Origin: an uncultured Pseudomonadales bacterium
GTDB lineage: Bacteria; Patescibacteriota; Microgenomatia; UBA1400; UBA1396
Assembly (NCBI GenBank): GCA_964511175.1
Contig: CAZEEI010000005.1
Location: forward strand, 3,416 to 67,415
Direction: 5' to 3'
DNA length: 64,000 nt
Shown here: in pieces, positions 47,619 through 57,264 of the stretch
Numbering within the stretch: position 1 is the first letter of the stretch
How the letters are laid out: every line of letters starts with the position of its first letter
Made by a program: the position numbers and the translations under genes
Notes under the pieces: generated by a model
What the model saw: the letters and a program-made list of their open reading frames with translations, nothing else
The model's database searches: none
Told to the model about the DNA's origin: nothing

Positions 47619-49310
47619 ATGAGCCTTCATGGGATATCCCAAGCGATTTTGCCGAAACGTGAGTTCCTACCGAATTATATTTTTGTGTCGGGTGGAGTGC
47701 TGTCATCACTGGGTAAAGGCACTACCACCGCCTCCATTGCCTTACTGCTGAAGTCGCGCGGCTACCAAGTCACGATCGTTAAGTGCGAAAATTACCTCAA
47801 TATTGATGCTGGTTTAATTAATCCGATCGAACACGGCGATGCTTTTCTCTGCGAAGATGGTACCGAAGCCGACATGGACTTGGGTACCTACGAACGCTTC
47901 ATCAACCAAGACTTAGGACGGCATAATTTTGTCACGATGGGCCAAATCTACCAGACGGTAATCGAACGCGAACGGGCTTTTGGTTATAAGGGCGAAGACG
48001 TAGAGGCCGTGCCACACGTTACTGACGAAATCATTGACCGTATTAACGAAGCCGCACGACGCGATAAAGCCGAAGTGGTAATTGTGGAGCTTGGCGGCAC
48101 GGCCGGCGAGTACCAAAACGCTCTTTACTACGAAGCCTCCCGCATCTTGGATTACCAGCATGGTAACCGGGTGGTCCACGTGCACGTCAGCTACTTACCT
48201 ACACCAGCGCATATCGGTGAACCCAAGACCAAACCCACCCAGCTGTCGGTACGCAACCTCAATAGTATGGGCGTCCAACCAGATTTCATTGTTACCCGCG
48301 CCACGCGTCCCATCGACGAGCGCCGACGGGAAAGATTGGGCTTGTTTTGTCACGTTCCCTGCGAAAACGTAATTGACAGTCCGGATGTCAGCAACATTTA
48401 TGAAATTCCTCTAATCTTAGCCCAGCAGGAGTTTGATATAAAACTACTGCACCAGTTACACCTGCCAACGCGCCGCCTTAACTTGCGCCGGTGGCAAAAA
48501 TACGTTACCCAAGCTAAAGCACCCAAAACTCAAACGGCAACGATTGGCATTATTGGCAAGTACTTTGCCACCGGCGATTACGAGCTACGTGATTCCTATG
48601 CTGCTTTGTTGGAGGCTATTAATCACGCTGCGGTAGCCGCCAACGCCCAAACTAAAGTAGTTTGGGTTAACGCCGAAGAATTAGCCAAAGTGGAAAAGGC
48701 CGAAACTTTGTTGGGCCAATTGGACGGCATTATTGTGCCGATCGGCTGGGGCGAACGCGGGGTGGAGGGTAAAATCCGTGGTATCGCTTACGCCCGGGAA
48801 AACAAGATCCCATATTTAGGTCTTTGCTACGGCATGCAACTGGCAGTGGTAGAGTACGCCCGCCACGTGTTGGGTTGGCCGGACGCCCACACCACGGAGG
48901 TTAACCCTGATACTACTCATCCGGTTATTCACATCATTCCTGAGCAAAAACGGGTTCTGGAAAACCGCGCCTACGGTGGCACCATGCGGCTGGGACGATG
49001 GGATTGTCACCTAACCAAAAATACTGAGGTACAGCGCATCTACCAAAAAGACTTAATTGCGGAGCGCCACCGCCACCGCTATGAGTTCAATGACCAATTT
49101 GCTAAACAACTAACTAAGGGTGGTTTAGTGATTGCCGGCCGTTCGGTGCAGGAAAATTTGGTGGAGTTTATTGAATTGCCCAGGAGCGTCCACCCGTTTT
49201 TTGTGGGGACGCAGGGACACCCGGAATATAAGTCCAGACCGCTACAACCGCACCCGTTGTTTGTGGCGTTTGTGCAGGCGGCACTGCAACAGAGTATTGC
49301 TAAGTTATAG
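47619..49310 (+). CDS. pyrG: CTP synthase
   Basis: YIFVSGGVLSSLGKG, glutamine amidotransferase LGLCYGMQ. A perfect TATAAT at 47605-47610 lies only 8 nt before ATG 47619, which suggests a leaderless or very short-leader mRNA. Confidence 0.9.
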   Translation: MSLHGISQAILPKREFLPNYIFVSGGVLSSLGKGTTTASIALLLKSRGYQVTIVKCENYLNIDAGLINPIEHGDAFLCEDGTEADMDLGTYERFINQDLGRHNFVTMGQIYQTVIERERAFGYKGEDVEAVPHVTDEIIDRINEAARRDKAEVVIVELGGTAGEYQNALYYEASRILDYQHGNRVVHVHVSYLPTPAHIGEPKTKPTQLSVRNLNSMGVQPDFIVTRATRPIDERRRERLGLFCHVPCENVIDSPDVSNIYEIPLILAQQEFDIKLLHQLHLPTRRLNLRRWQKYVTQAKAPKTQTATIGIIGKYFATGDYELRDSYAALLEAINHAAVAANAQTKVVWVNAEELAKVEKAETLLGQLDGIIVPIGWGERGVEGKIRGIAYARENKIPYLGLCYGMQLAVVEYARHVLGWPDAHTTEVNPDTTHPVIHIIPEQKRVLENRAYGGTMRLGRWDCHLTKNTEVQRIYQKDLIAERHRHRYEFNDQFAKQLTKGGLVIAGRSVQENLVEFIELPRSVHPFFVGTQGHPEYKSRPLQPHPLFVAFVQAALQQSIAKL

Positions 49311-49510
49311 CGGTAATTTTTTTAACCCTATTGGATGACTGAACGGGTTCGCAGATGAATTGAGGGTGTTTTGAGTCAAGATTCAAGACACTAGATAAAA
49401 CAATAGTGTTTGGGTATAATTCGTATCTAGCAAACTGTCGAGGAATGTTATATAAAATTATCTAATCTCGTAACACTTTCGTAATATTCTCGTAGTAAAG
49501 TAAGAAGAGT

Positions 49511-49675
49511 ATGAAAAAAAATAAATCCAAAACCACTATCCGAGATATTGAAAGAGAATACAAAATAGACTTTGGGGTCAGTGGTGATATGAATCTAAGT
49601 ACTTACCTAAAAAATCAAGGTCTTTTATCCCTCAGTCGTTTCCTTAAAAAAATAGAGTCTAGACCTAGTATTTAA
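49511..49675 (+). CDS. small hypothetical protein (54 aa) in AT-rich island
   Basis: ATG ORF MKKNKSKTTIRDIEREYKIDFGVSG..., 4 nt upstream of the next ORF; region GC is about 30%. Confidence 0.3.
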   Translation: MKKNKSKTTIRDIEREYKIDFGVSGDMNLSTYLKNQGLLSLSRFLKKIESRPSI

Positions 49676-49679
49676 TTAA

Positions 49680-50210
49680 ATGCCTGATTCTCTTGTTCTT
49701 TGGCATAACATTAAGACCACATTTAGTGATGTTGCTGTTCAATACAAACACGCTCAATCCGTGGGTACTAGAGCTAGAACAGGTTATTATCGAGCTGCTT
49801 TTATACTTCTAGCTTCTATCGTAGAGGCTATGTTATATCGCCTAATAGAAAAAGCTATTGATCAAGATGAATCTGTTGTCCAAAGACAACAATTTGAAAG
49901 AATAAAAAAGATTCAAAAAGTTAATAGTTCCCATATTGGAACAAATAAAACCATTTATATTTGCGAAATATATAAAGAAAATTTTATTTTAACTCCAGAA
50001 AAATCCAAGTTTAGTGGTATGAATACTTTCTGTCTAACATCTGGATTAATTGACTTACAGCTATATAAAAAGATTGATAAAGTAGTAAAAAAGAGGAAAG
50101 AAATACACCTTCAAGGTCTTGTTACAAAAAGAAGACAATACAATGAATTAACTTTAGATATGGCAGGAGAATTAATGGATGAAATTTTGGCAAAGATAGA
50201 TTCTATTTAA
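49680..50210 (+). CDS. hypothetical protein (176 aa) in AT-rich island
   Basis: ATG ORF with AT-rich codon usage unlike its neighbours; no recognised domain. Confidence 0.5.
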   Translation: MPDSLVLWHNIKTTFSDVAVQYKHAQSVGTRARTGYYRAAFILLASIVEAMLYRLIEKAIDQDESVVQRQQFERIKKIQKVNSSHIGTNKTIYICEIYKENFILTPEKSKFSGMNTFCLTSGLIDLQLYKKIDKVVKKRKEIHLQGLVTKRRQYNELTLDMAGELMDEILAKIDSI

Positions 50211-50315
50211 TTTTCATTCATTCATTTACTTGTTTATATTAAGGAGGTGCCCCCAAAGCCTCTCGACTATCAGCTAATTCCTGCTATAATAGACCCCTCA
50301 AGCAAAGGCTGATCT

Positions 50316-50657
50316 ATGGCAAATAACTTAACTTTTAACGAGCAACGCTTCAACGTGGGTGACACCGTGCGTGTCCACCAGCGGATTACCGAAGCCGGCA
50401 AGTCGCGTATCCAGATTTTGGAAGGCGTTATCATTGCCATCAATAATCGGGAAAGCGGCAAATCCTTTATTGTGCGCAAAATCGGCGCCAACGGCATCGG
50501 GGTCGAGCGTATTTTTCCCCTCAATTCACCAGCAATCGTTAAATTGGAAATGAAACAGGCCGGCCGGGTTCACCGCGCCAAGTTATTCTACCTGCGTAAC
50601 CGGATTGGTAAGGCGGCTTCAGCCATTAAAAAGCGCCTCATTACTACCGAAGCGTAA
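50316..50657 (+). CDS. rplS: 50S ribosomal protein L19
   Basis: [12 protein letters not shown]...[15 protein letters not shown]...FIVRKI typical L19. Promoter-like TCGACT-N16-TATAAT upstream. Confidence 0.9.
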   Translation: MANNLTFNEQRFNVGDTVRVHQRITEAGKSRIQILEGVIIAINNRESGKSFIVRKIGANGIGVERIFPLNSPAIVKLEMKQAGRVHRAKLFYLRNRIGKAASAIKKRLITTEA

Positions 50658-50691
50658 CCTTTTTGACACTATTGTCTGGCATGTTAAATAC

Positions 50692-51060
50692 ATGCCAATT
50701 TCACTTCCCTCCACTCGTACCCGCGGCCAAATTGCCGAAGATTTAGTGGCGACGTATTTGCAACGCACTGGCCACATTATTCTCCAGCGCAACCTCTATA
50801 CCCGTTTTGGCGAAATTGATATTTTAGCCCGCAAGGGTGATGAATTTATTGCGGTCGAGGTCCGCTCCCGCACCCGCCAAACCAATATTCCGCCGGAACT
50901 TTCGGTCAGCCGGAACAAGTACCGCCATTTAGTAAAAACTTTACTCAGTTTGTCTTTTTTGCAAAATAAACCTACCCGAATCGACCTAGTTACCGTGGAG
51001 GCTGGCCGTATTCGGCATCATTTCCGGGCGATCAATCCGCTACAGGGAAGTTACTGGTGA
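50692..51060 (+). CDS. yraN: YraN family (UPF0102) endonuclease
   Basis: GEDLVATYLQRTGHIILQRN...GEIDILARKGDEFIAVEVRSR. The supplied longer ORF overlaps rplS. Confidence 0.75.
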   Translation: MPISLPSTRTRGQIAEDLVATYLQRTGHIILQRNLYTRFGEIDILARKGDEFIAVEVRSRTRQTNIPPELSVSRNKYRHLVKTLLSLSFLQNKPTRIDLVTVEAGRIRHHFRAINPLQGSYW

Positions 51061-51866
51061 GAGTTACTGCCAGATTGATCTTTTTTAATTTGGGCCATCA
51101 TGGACTCCGGCACTACCACGTATTGCAGCGGTTTTTCGGCTTCCGGTTCCGGCTCCGGAAATAGTTTGTGGTAAAGGTAAACAGTCTGGCGAATAATCAC
51201 CACCAAGAGGCTAAATAATAGTGTGGTGATAATAAACACCTTTTTACCGGCCGGCAAAAAGGCAAACACCATAAAGGACACAATCGGCAAAGTCAGTTGG
51301 ACGCGGAAAATCTCTTGGCGACTAGTGGGGTATGGTGAAGTCATTAGAGCCGCGGCCTCCAAAACAAAAATTACCAGCGATTGTAGTAGGTTAAGCCAAA
51401 CATTAGAGCGGCTGAGATCGAATCTTCCCAAGAACATCAAATTATAAGGTTGGGGCACAGTGGGAATCCAGGAATAAAGCAGGTGGAGGTCTTCGCCTTC
51501 TAAGCCTGTCGTAAAAATACGGTACAAAATCAAAGCAATTACCAGCTGAACCAAAAACATGAAACCTTCGGCCAGGATAATGCGCGGTTTAGAACGTAAA
51601 ACGACTTTAGTTTCTTGTTGTAGGAGCAGGGGATCACCCGCAAACTGCTGTTGAACTTGTTTGACTTTAACCTCGATTTCGCGTCGTTCTTTTTCCGAAC
51701 GGTGACCCAGAATAGTGAGGGGTAAAAGGATAATCCGAATCAGAATCGTCAAAAGGATCACGGCTACACCCATGTCGTAGCCGGTGCTGGTTCGACCTAG
51801 CGCCCAGTAAAACAACACCAAAATATTGAAAAAGGGCTGGTAAACAAACTGAACAAAAAGATCCAT
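51051..51866 (-). CDS. yidC: membrane protein insertase YidC/Oxa1 (short form)
   Basis: QPFFNILVLFYWALG...YDMGVAVILLTILIRIILLPL signature; ATG 51866. Confidence 0.8.
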   Translation of the reverse strand: MDLFVQFVYQPFFNILVLFYWALGRTSTGYDMGVAVILLTILIRIILLPLTILGHRSEKERREIEVKVKQVQQQFAGDPLLLQQETKVVLRSKPRIILAEGFMFLVQLVIALILYRIFTTGLEGEDLHLLYSWIPTVPQPYNLMFLGRFDLSRSNVWLNLLQSLVIFVLEAAALMTSPYPTSRQEIFRVQLTLPIVSFMVFAFLPAGKKVFIITTLLFSLLVVIIRQTVYLYHKLFPEPEPEAEKPLQYVVVPESMMAQIKKDQSGSNSHQ

Positions 51867-52432
51867 CACTGCTGTATTGTACCCTGCTGGCTTTTCTTTG
51901 TCGTCGAAATCGCCGGATTGTGTTGGTGCACTACTACCAGTTTTCCGCCGAACTCACGCAGAATGGCAGCTTTGGCAGTTTGATGCGGCGAATGACTGGA
52001 AACCGCCAAAATGTGCGGACGAAGCAGGCTAATTAAAGCCCGATGGTGAGCGGGTGTATCAAAGCGCTCCGGTAGAATGGCGGCGGCGTCCACTAGACCA
52101 GAAGCTAATACTGCCGCCAGACGCTGTGCCTGCGGATCGTACGGCCGATCTGGACCCTTGGTGCGTCGTACCCGATCATCTGATTCAATACCCACCACCA
52201 AGAAATTACCTACCTCCCGTGCTTTGGCCAAAAAACGCTGGTGCTCTTCGTGGAACAAATCGAATACACCTGACACAAACACGATCCGCCGCAAATCTTT
52301 TTTAGCTTGTTCTACTGCCCGCCAAACCTCCTGCCAGGCGGTAATTTCGGCTGGTGTCCAGTCGGTAGGAAAAGTATGTTTGGCGATTAGTTGGGCGCGG
52401 CGAACCATGCGGGTATTCCTTGCGATGTGCAT
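51866..52432 (-). CDS. cytidylyltransferase-like nucleotidyltransferase (TagD/RfaE-domain II-like)
   Basis: VSGVFDLFHEEHQRFL (HxGH-type motif) and VVGIESDDRV...VDAAAILP resemble glycerol-3-phosphate cytidylyltransferase. Confidence 0.6.
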   Translation of the reverse strand: MHIARNTRMVRRAQLIAKHTFPTDWTPAEITAWQEVWRAVEQAKKDLRRIVFVSGVFDLFHEEHQRFLAKAREVGNFLVVGIESDDRVRRTKGPDRPYDPQAQRLAAVLASGLVDAAAILPERFDTPAHHRALISLLRPHILAVSSHSPHQTAKAAILREFGGKLVVVHQHNPAISTTKKSQQGTIQQ

Positions 52433-53256
52433 ATTGTCTCATACCGCCGCTGCACCCAGGAACGAGTATCGCGAGGGTGAAAAAAAGCTAGCGCTGGTTG
52501 AACCACCTCCCGCGAACGGTGTTTCGCCATCAGTCGGCACTGCAGCCGCCAAAGAACACCATTGAGGATCCGCTCTAACCAAGCGGGGGCAAACACGGGC
52601 CAGAACGCTGGAGCAGAGCGGGCGCGGCGGGCGCGCTGCCAAGCTTGGTTAAAGCCATTGGCCGACCACCGCCGCGCCCAACGGTTATGTTCTAACAAGA
52701 GGGTGGCGCGCTCGCCCGGCCGGACGTAAACCGGAACGGCCTGCATCAGCTCGCGCGCTTCGTACAGCGTTTGCCGCTCCGGCGGCAGGGCGAGCGCGCT
52801 AGGTTCCAGCCAAATATTGCAGCACCAACGATCGCGATTAGAACGACGCGGCAGCCAACGCGAGCGGTACCTATTAAGTAATAAGCCGATCGCTACTAAG
52901 CAAAAACGGGTCAGCCACAGACGATGCGAGTCGGTGACGATCAAAAAATCCAGATCGTCATTCTCTTTCACCACGCCAGCGGCCAAGGCACCGGTCAACC
53001 AGACACCTTTAATCCAGGGAAGCCAGCCAAAAAAACTCACCGCTTGGGCCACGGCGCGCCATTTCGCCAACACTATTTGATTCGCTGAATTAGTACTGGG
53101 TAGTTTTCGAAAACACGGCACGGTCAATAAGACCAGGTAAGTTACTCGCTCGTCAGTTGCTAAATACTGCCACACTTCGCGACGACTAGGTCGATAACCA
53201 AAAACTTCGGCATAAGCCAAAGTGCGAGCCACGGCTTGGTGGAGATCGGTGGACAT
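52387..53256 (-). CDS. nucleotidyltransferase-fold protein (Arg/Trp-rich)
   Basis: GALAAGVVKENDDLDFLIVTD matches the pol-beta-like NTase motif [GS]x9-13Dh[DE]. ATG 53256; the supplied ORF starts at TTG 53340. Confidence 0.5.
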   Translation of the reverse strand: MSTDLHQAVARTLAYAEVFGYRPSRREVWQYLATDERVTYLVLLTVPCFRKLPSTNSANQIVLAKWRAVAQAVSFFGWLPWIKGVWLTGALAAGVVKENDDLDFLIVTDSHRLWLTRFCLVAIGLLLNRYRSRWLPRRSNRDRWCCNIWLEPSALALPPERQTLYEARELMQAVPVYVRPGERATLLLEHNRWARRWSANGFNQAWQRARRARSAPAFWPVFAPAWLERILNGVLWRLQCRLMAKHRSREVVQPALAFFHPRDTRSWVQRRYETICTSQGIPAWFAAPN

Positions 53257-53320
53257 GGCCCTCAGTCTCGGCGAGTTGGGACGGAAAGTCAAGCTGGCGT
53301 GTGCTAGAACTGCGCTCAAC

Positions 53321-53635
53321 TCACCGCGTAATACTGGCAAACACTTCCTGGCTGTGTTGGAGCATGCGATCGTAATACGCTGGGCTATACAGTGTTCTTA
53401 GCAAAAGTGCCGACCAATTTTCATCTCGAGGAACTGCTTCCCATTCGATTTGCGCGGCGACCAAACCCGGTGCTTGTAGGCCTTGTTCATCAATAAAAAG
53501 GGCGATTTCGGCATCTACCAGCGCATTGACATTATTCTTTTCGGGTACCGGCCAGCGACCATCATGCTGTCGAGGTGCCACCATCGCTTCCCAAGCCCCT
53601 TCACCATGGATTTCCACAAATTCATCTCTACGCAT
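53321..53635 (-). CDS. hypothetical protein (104 aa)
   Basis: ATG 53635 with an AAGGAG SD. Confidence 0.45.
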   Translation of the reverse strand: MRRDEFVEIHGEGAWEAMVAPRQHDGRWPVPEKNNVNALVDAEIALFIDEQGLQAPGLVAAQIEWEAVPRDENWSALLLRTLYSPAYYDRMLQHSQEVFASITR

Positions 53636-53654
53636 CACTCTCCTTTCCCTTTAA

Positions 53655-55430
53655 TTAACTAGCCGCAGCACTGGGTGGTTGGTGTTCCGCACTAATGTTG
53701 TAGCGGGACAGCACTTGTTGGACGCCAGGCAGAATCGTCTCTAAAGCCTGTTGCGCGTTACCGGTGCGCACCGTCTCATTTACTGCATCGGTGTAGTACT
53801 GGATTAGTTGGTCATCCAAACCTTCGTCATGGGTGTACGACGCCATAAACCAGGAGTCGGCATACAACGCATCTTCTAAATAAGGCGCAATGAGTTTATT
53901 ACTGCTCAGTTCCGCAGCCATATCAACCCGTGGATAAAGCTCGCCGAAACCGCGCACGGAAGCGGCCTGGGTTTGGAAGCGACGCAACTGCTCCGGCTGA
54001 CTAAGCCAGGCCAGAAAACGCCAGGCTTCCGCGGTATTCTTAGAGGCCTTACTAACCCCTTCCACCCAGTAGCTGGACCAGGCTAAACGCTGTCCACCCA
54101 ACTGCGGCAAAGCGGTAACCCCAAACTGTAAATTTGGATTCAAGCGCTGAATTTCAAAAATACGCCAGGAAGGAGCCAAAATCATGGCTACCTGTTCGTT
54201 GGCAAAAGCTACCGTGGAGTTGGGCATGGTTTCGTCCCAAACTTTATCCGAACGGCTGAAGATGGTATAGAACTCCAGGGCGTGCCGGGCATTTTCACTA
54301 ACCGGATTACCCGGTTGAGCCGAATTCTGGAGGAGCATTAGAGCCAGAATGTCGGAAAAAGAATCAACGTTGCTGGTTGTCCCCAAGGCAATACCACCGC
54401 GTTCCAGGCGATCGTTGTTGCGAACGGCTAATTGGGAAGCCAAGGTGCGCACTTGCTCCCAATCCTTAGGAGGTTGGGCGTTGGCCGTGGTCAGCATGGA
54501 TTGGTTGTAGAGCAGCGCCAGACCTTCGTACATTAGCGGCACACCCAGTACGTCAGTGCCACCGGCCAGTTCTTTAGCCATGATTGGATAATAATTTTGG
54601 CGCAGTTCGGCTAAACTAACGGTGTCGGTGGTGGCGGGCGCCAGATCGGTAGATAACATCGGCAGCCAAGTATTGTGGTAACGGAAAATATCTGGACCCG
54701 AACCATCACGGATGGCGGCTTGCAGCCGCTGGCGGTATTGTTCGCTTTTTTGTTGAACGTAAGTTATTTTGATATTGGCGTGGTCTTTTTGGTACGCCTC
54801 GATTAAAGCGTTCATCACCTCCGGCGGTTCCCATAGTCCCCAGTAAGTAAGGGTCACGTTACGACTGGCGGGAGTGGTAGTTTTAACCGCTACTTCCGGC
54901 TCGCTGGGTCGCAAAAACAGATAGCCGCCAATCATGATAAGTAGCATTAGCAATCCGCCCACCGCCGCCATAATTAAATTACGCCGCCGGGTAAAGAAGG
55001 AGGGCAGTTTAGCGGCAGCTGCCGCGACTGGTTGACCAGCCGGCGGTTTACCACTGGGAGGCAAACCAAAACCAGCTGTCTCCTGCGGAACACCACCTAC
55101 TGAAGTGGGAGACGGGATTTTTGGCGCCGCAACTGAGGCTGGCGGCATACCTGGTAAACCAGTGACTGGCGGCGGCGTAGGTTGAACCGCGGCAGCAGTC
55201 TGGAAGGGAGCCGGGTTAACCGATTGCAAATTCTGGAGGAAACGACTAGAAATTGGCGGCGGCTGTACAGGCTGTACACTAGCTACAGGAGTTACTGGTG
55301 CCGGCGTCACTGATAGGGGAGGCGCTACCGGCGGTGCTACCGGCCTCACCGGAGTTGGCACCATCCCAGGGGATACCGGGGTCAAAACCGGCCGGGAAGG
55401 CGGAATGAGCGGATTAGTGGTGTCAGCCAT
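53655..55430 (-). CDS. ABC-type extracellular solute-binding protein (family 1, MalE-like) with Pro-rich N-terminal repeat region and TM anchor
   Basis: VTLTYWGLWEPPEV...GPDIFRYHNTWLPML SBP_bac_1-like. The N-terminal 90 aa are PxxP-rich, followed by a TM helix. Confidence 0.7.
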   Translation of the reverse strand: MADTTNPLIPPSRPVLTPVSPGMVPTPVRPVAPPVAPPLSVTPAPVTPVASVQPVQPPPISSRFLQNLQSVNPAPFQTAAAVQPTPPPVTGLPGMPPASVAAPKIPSPTSVGGVPQETAGFGLPPSGKPPAGQPVAAAAAKLPSFFTRRRNLIMAAVGGLLMLLIMIGGYLFLRPSEPEVAVKTTTPASRNVTLTYWGLWEPPEVMNALIEAYQKDHANIKITYVQQKSEQYRQRLQAAIRDGSGPDIFRYHNTWLPMLSTDLAPATTDTVSLAELRQNYYPIMAKELAGGTDVLGVPLMYEGLALLYNQSMLTTANAQPPKDWEQVRTLASQLAVRNNDRLERGGIALGTTSNVDSFSDILALMLLQNSAQPGNPVSENARHALEFYTIFSRSDKVWDETMPNSTVAFANEQVAMILAPSWRIFEIQRLNPNLQFGVTALPQLGGQRLAWSSYWVEGVSKASKNTAEAWRFLAWLSQPEQLRRFQTQAASVRGFGELYPRVDMAAELSSNKLIAPYLEDALYADSWFMASYTHDEGLDDQLIQYYTDAVNETVRTGNAQQALETILPGVQQVLSRYNISAEHQPPSAAAS

Positions 55431-55468
55431 TTACTCTCTCAGTATAATGAAAACACTACTTTGCAACA

Positions 55469-57241
55469 ATGGACACACACCCGTTTAACTTTCACCATCG
55501 CTCTCATCAAACCGTCTGGCTGGCAACGGCAATTGGTTTTTTGTTGACTGGACTGTTGGCTGCCTATTTGCTTTGGACGCGTTCGCCCCGCATCGTGCGC
55601 GGTGTCACTATTCAAGGCATTGCCGTGGCTGGTTTAACTCAAACCGAAGCCCGCCAAAAGTTGATTGCTGAACTTCCGGAACTGCCCAATCACCAAATAA
55701 AGGTATCCTCGGCCGACCAGGAATGGGCCACCGCGGCGGCTCAGCTGGGTTTACACCGCGACCTTGACACCGCCCTTAATCAAGCTGTGGCTCTAGGCCG
55801 ACACCAACTCTTACTCACCAGCCAATCCTTAGAGCGAGTTCAACTTTTAGCCACACCGCGCGACATCGCTATTCCCTGGTTACTGGATGATACCGCCGTG
55901 CGTGACTGGGTAGCTACGATTGCCGCTGAGGTTAATATCGAAGGCCAAGCACCGACCGTGAAACTTACTAAACAATCTTTTGTCATTGACCCAGGTATTT
56001 ATGGCCAACGGCTCCAAAACGAAGTTTTAATTCAAGATTTAAAAGATTACCCCCTCAACACAGCGGCACGGCCAGCACCGATTGAACCCACCCATATTCC
56101 CCTCACTCCCGACGCTCTTATTATGGCGGAAAAACGCCTGCAAGTTTTACGCTCGGCACGGCTAATTTTGCACCTTAGCGACGCTGAACCGGATCAGACC
56201 CTAACCGCGGTCGACTTCTTCCCTTGGGTTGAGTTGCCTTTGGGTTGGAACGCCGCGGCAATCGACCAGTATCTAACTAACCTGGCTTCTAAGGAAAACC
56301 AAGCGGCGGTCGACGCTATCTTCGAGTTGGACGAAACTCAGACCAAACTACAAAAATTCCAACCCGAACGTATTGGCCGCACACTTGATCAAGCCACTTT
56401 GCGGGAAACTCTACTGCACCAACTACTGCTGATCGAACAGGGTCAGGCCGAAGCCAAACCGACCGTCGCTGTACCATGGCAAACGCTTGAGCCAGCCGTC
56501 AAGTTGGCCGATCTGAATACATTAGGTGTTAACGAACGCCTGGGAGTGGGTGATTCTACCTTCTTTCACTCCATTCCTAACCGGGTTGATAACGTTGCCT
56601 TAACCAGCCGCCGCCTCCACGCCACTCTGGTGCCGCCAGGAGAAGAATTTTCCTTCAACCGAGCGGTGGGCGAAATCAGCCGTCAAACCGGCTACAAGCC
56701 GGCCTACATTATTGCCGAAGGACGCACTATCTTGGGCGACGGCGGCGGCGTTTGCCAAGTAAGCACTACTACTTTCCGAGCCATGCTCAGCGCCGGTTTA
56801 CCAATTACCCAGTGGAAAGCCCATAGTTACCGCGTGGGCTACTACGAGCAGAACATGAAACCGGGTTTTGATGCTACGGTTTACTCTCCCAGCGGCGATC
56901 TGCGCTTCCGCAATGACACCGACCATTACGTGGCTTTAGCCACTATTATTGATGTTGATAATCGCCACCTAACTATCGAAATTTGGGGCACTAGCGACGG
57001 CCGCCAAGCCACTACTAGCAATTACCAGATTAGCAATCAAACTGGTGCGCCGGCGCCGGCCTATCTACCCGATCCTACTTTGCCCAAAGGAACAACGCGG
57101 CAGATCGATTGGTCTGCCCCAGGAGCCACTACTCGTTTTACCTACACGGTCACCGACCAAAACGGCGCCACTACTTTTCAACGTGAATTTGTCAGTCACT
57201 TCCAAGCCTGGCGGGCCGTCTACCTCGTCGGCACCCAATAA
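55469..57241 (+). CDS. VanW-domain protein
   Basis: C-terminal GGGVCQVSTTTFRAMLSAGL...DLRFRND VanW signature; N-terminal TM. Confidence 0.75.
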   Translation: MDTHPFNFHHRSHQTVWLATAIGFLLTGLLAAYLLWTRSPRIVRGVTIQGIAVAGLTQTEARQKLIAELPELPNHQIKVSSADQEWATAAAQLGLHRDLDTALNQAVALGRHQLLLTSQSLERVQLLATPRDIAIPWLLDDTAVRDWVATIAAEVNIEGQAPTVKLTKQSFVIDPGIYGQRLQNEVLIQDLKDYPLNTAARPAPIEPTHIPLTPDALIMAEKRLQVLRSARLILHLSDAEPDQTLTAVDFFPWVELPLGWNAAAIDQYLTNLASKENQAAVDAIFELDETQTKLQKFQPERIGRTLDQATLRETLLHQLLLIEQGQAEAKPTVAVPWQTLEPAVKLADLNTLGVNERLGVGDSTFFHSIPNRVDNVALTSRRLHATLVPPGEEFSFNRAVGEISRQTGYKPAYIIAEGRTILGDGGGVCQVSTTTFRAMLSAGLPITQWKAHSYRVGYYEQNMKPGFDATVYSPSGDLRFRNDTDHYVALATIIDVDNRHLTIEIWGTSDGRQATTSNYQISNQTGAPAPAYLPDPTLPKGTTRQIDWSAPGATTRFTYTVTDQNGATTFQREFVSHFQAWRAVYLVGTQ

Positions 57242-57264
57242 AGAAGGTACAATAGAGAAACATT

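Noticed and set aside
50236-50250. Strong SD-like AAGGAGGTG at the end of the AT-rich island, suggesting a hidden gene
   Set aside because: No start codon follows at appropriate spacing, and no ORF of meaningful length follows. It is probably promoter or UTR sequence of rplS.
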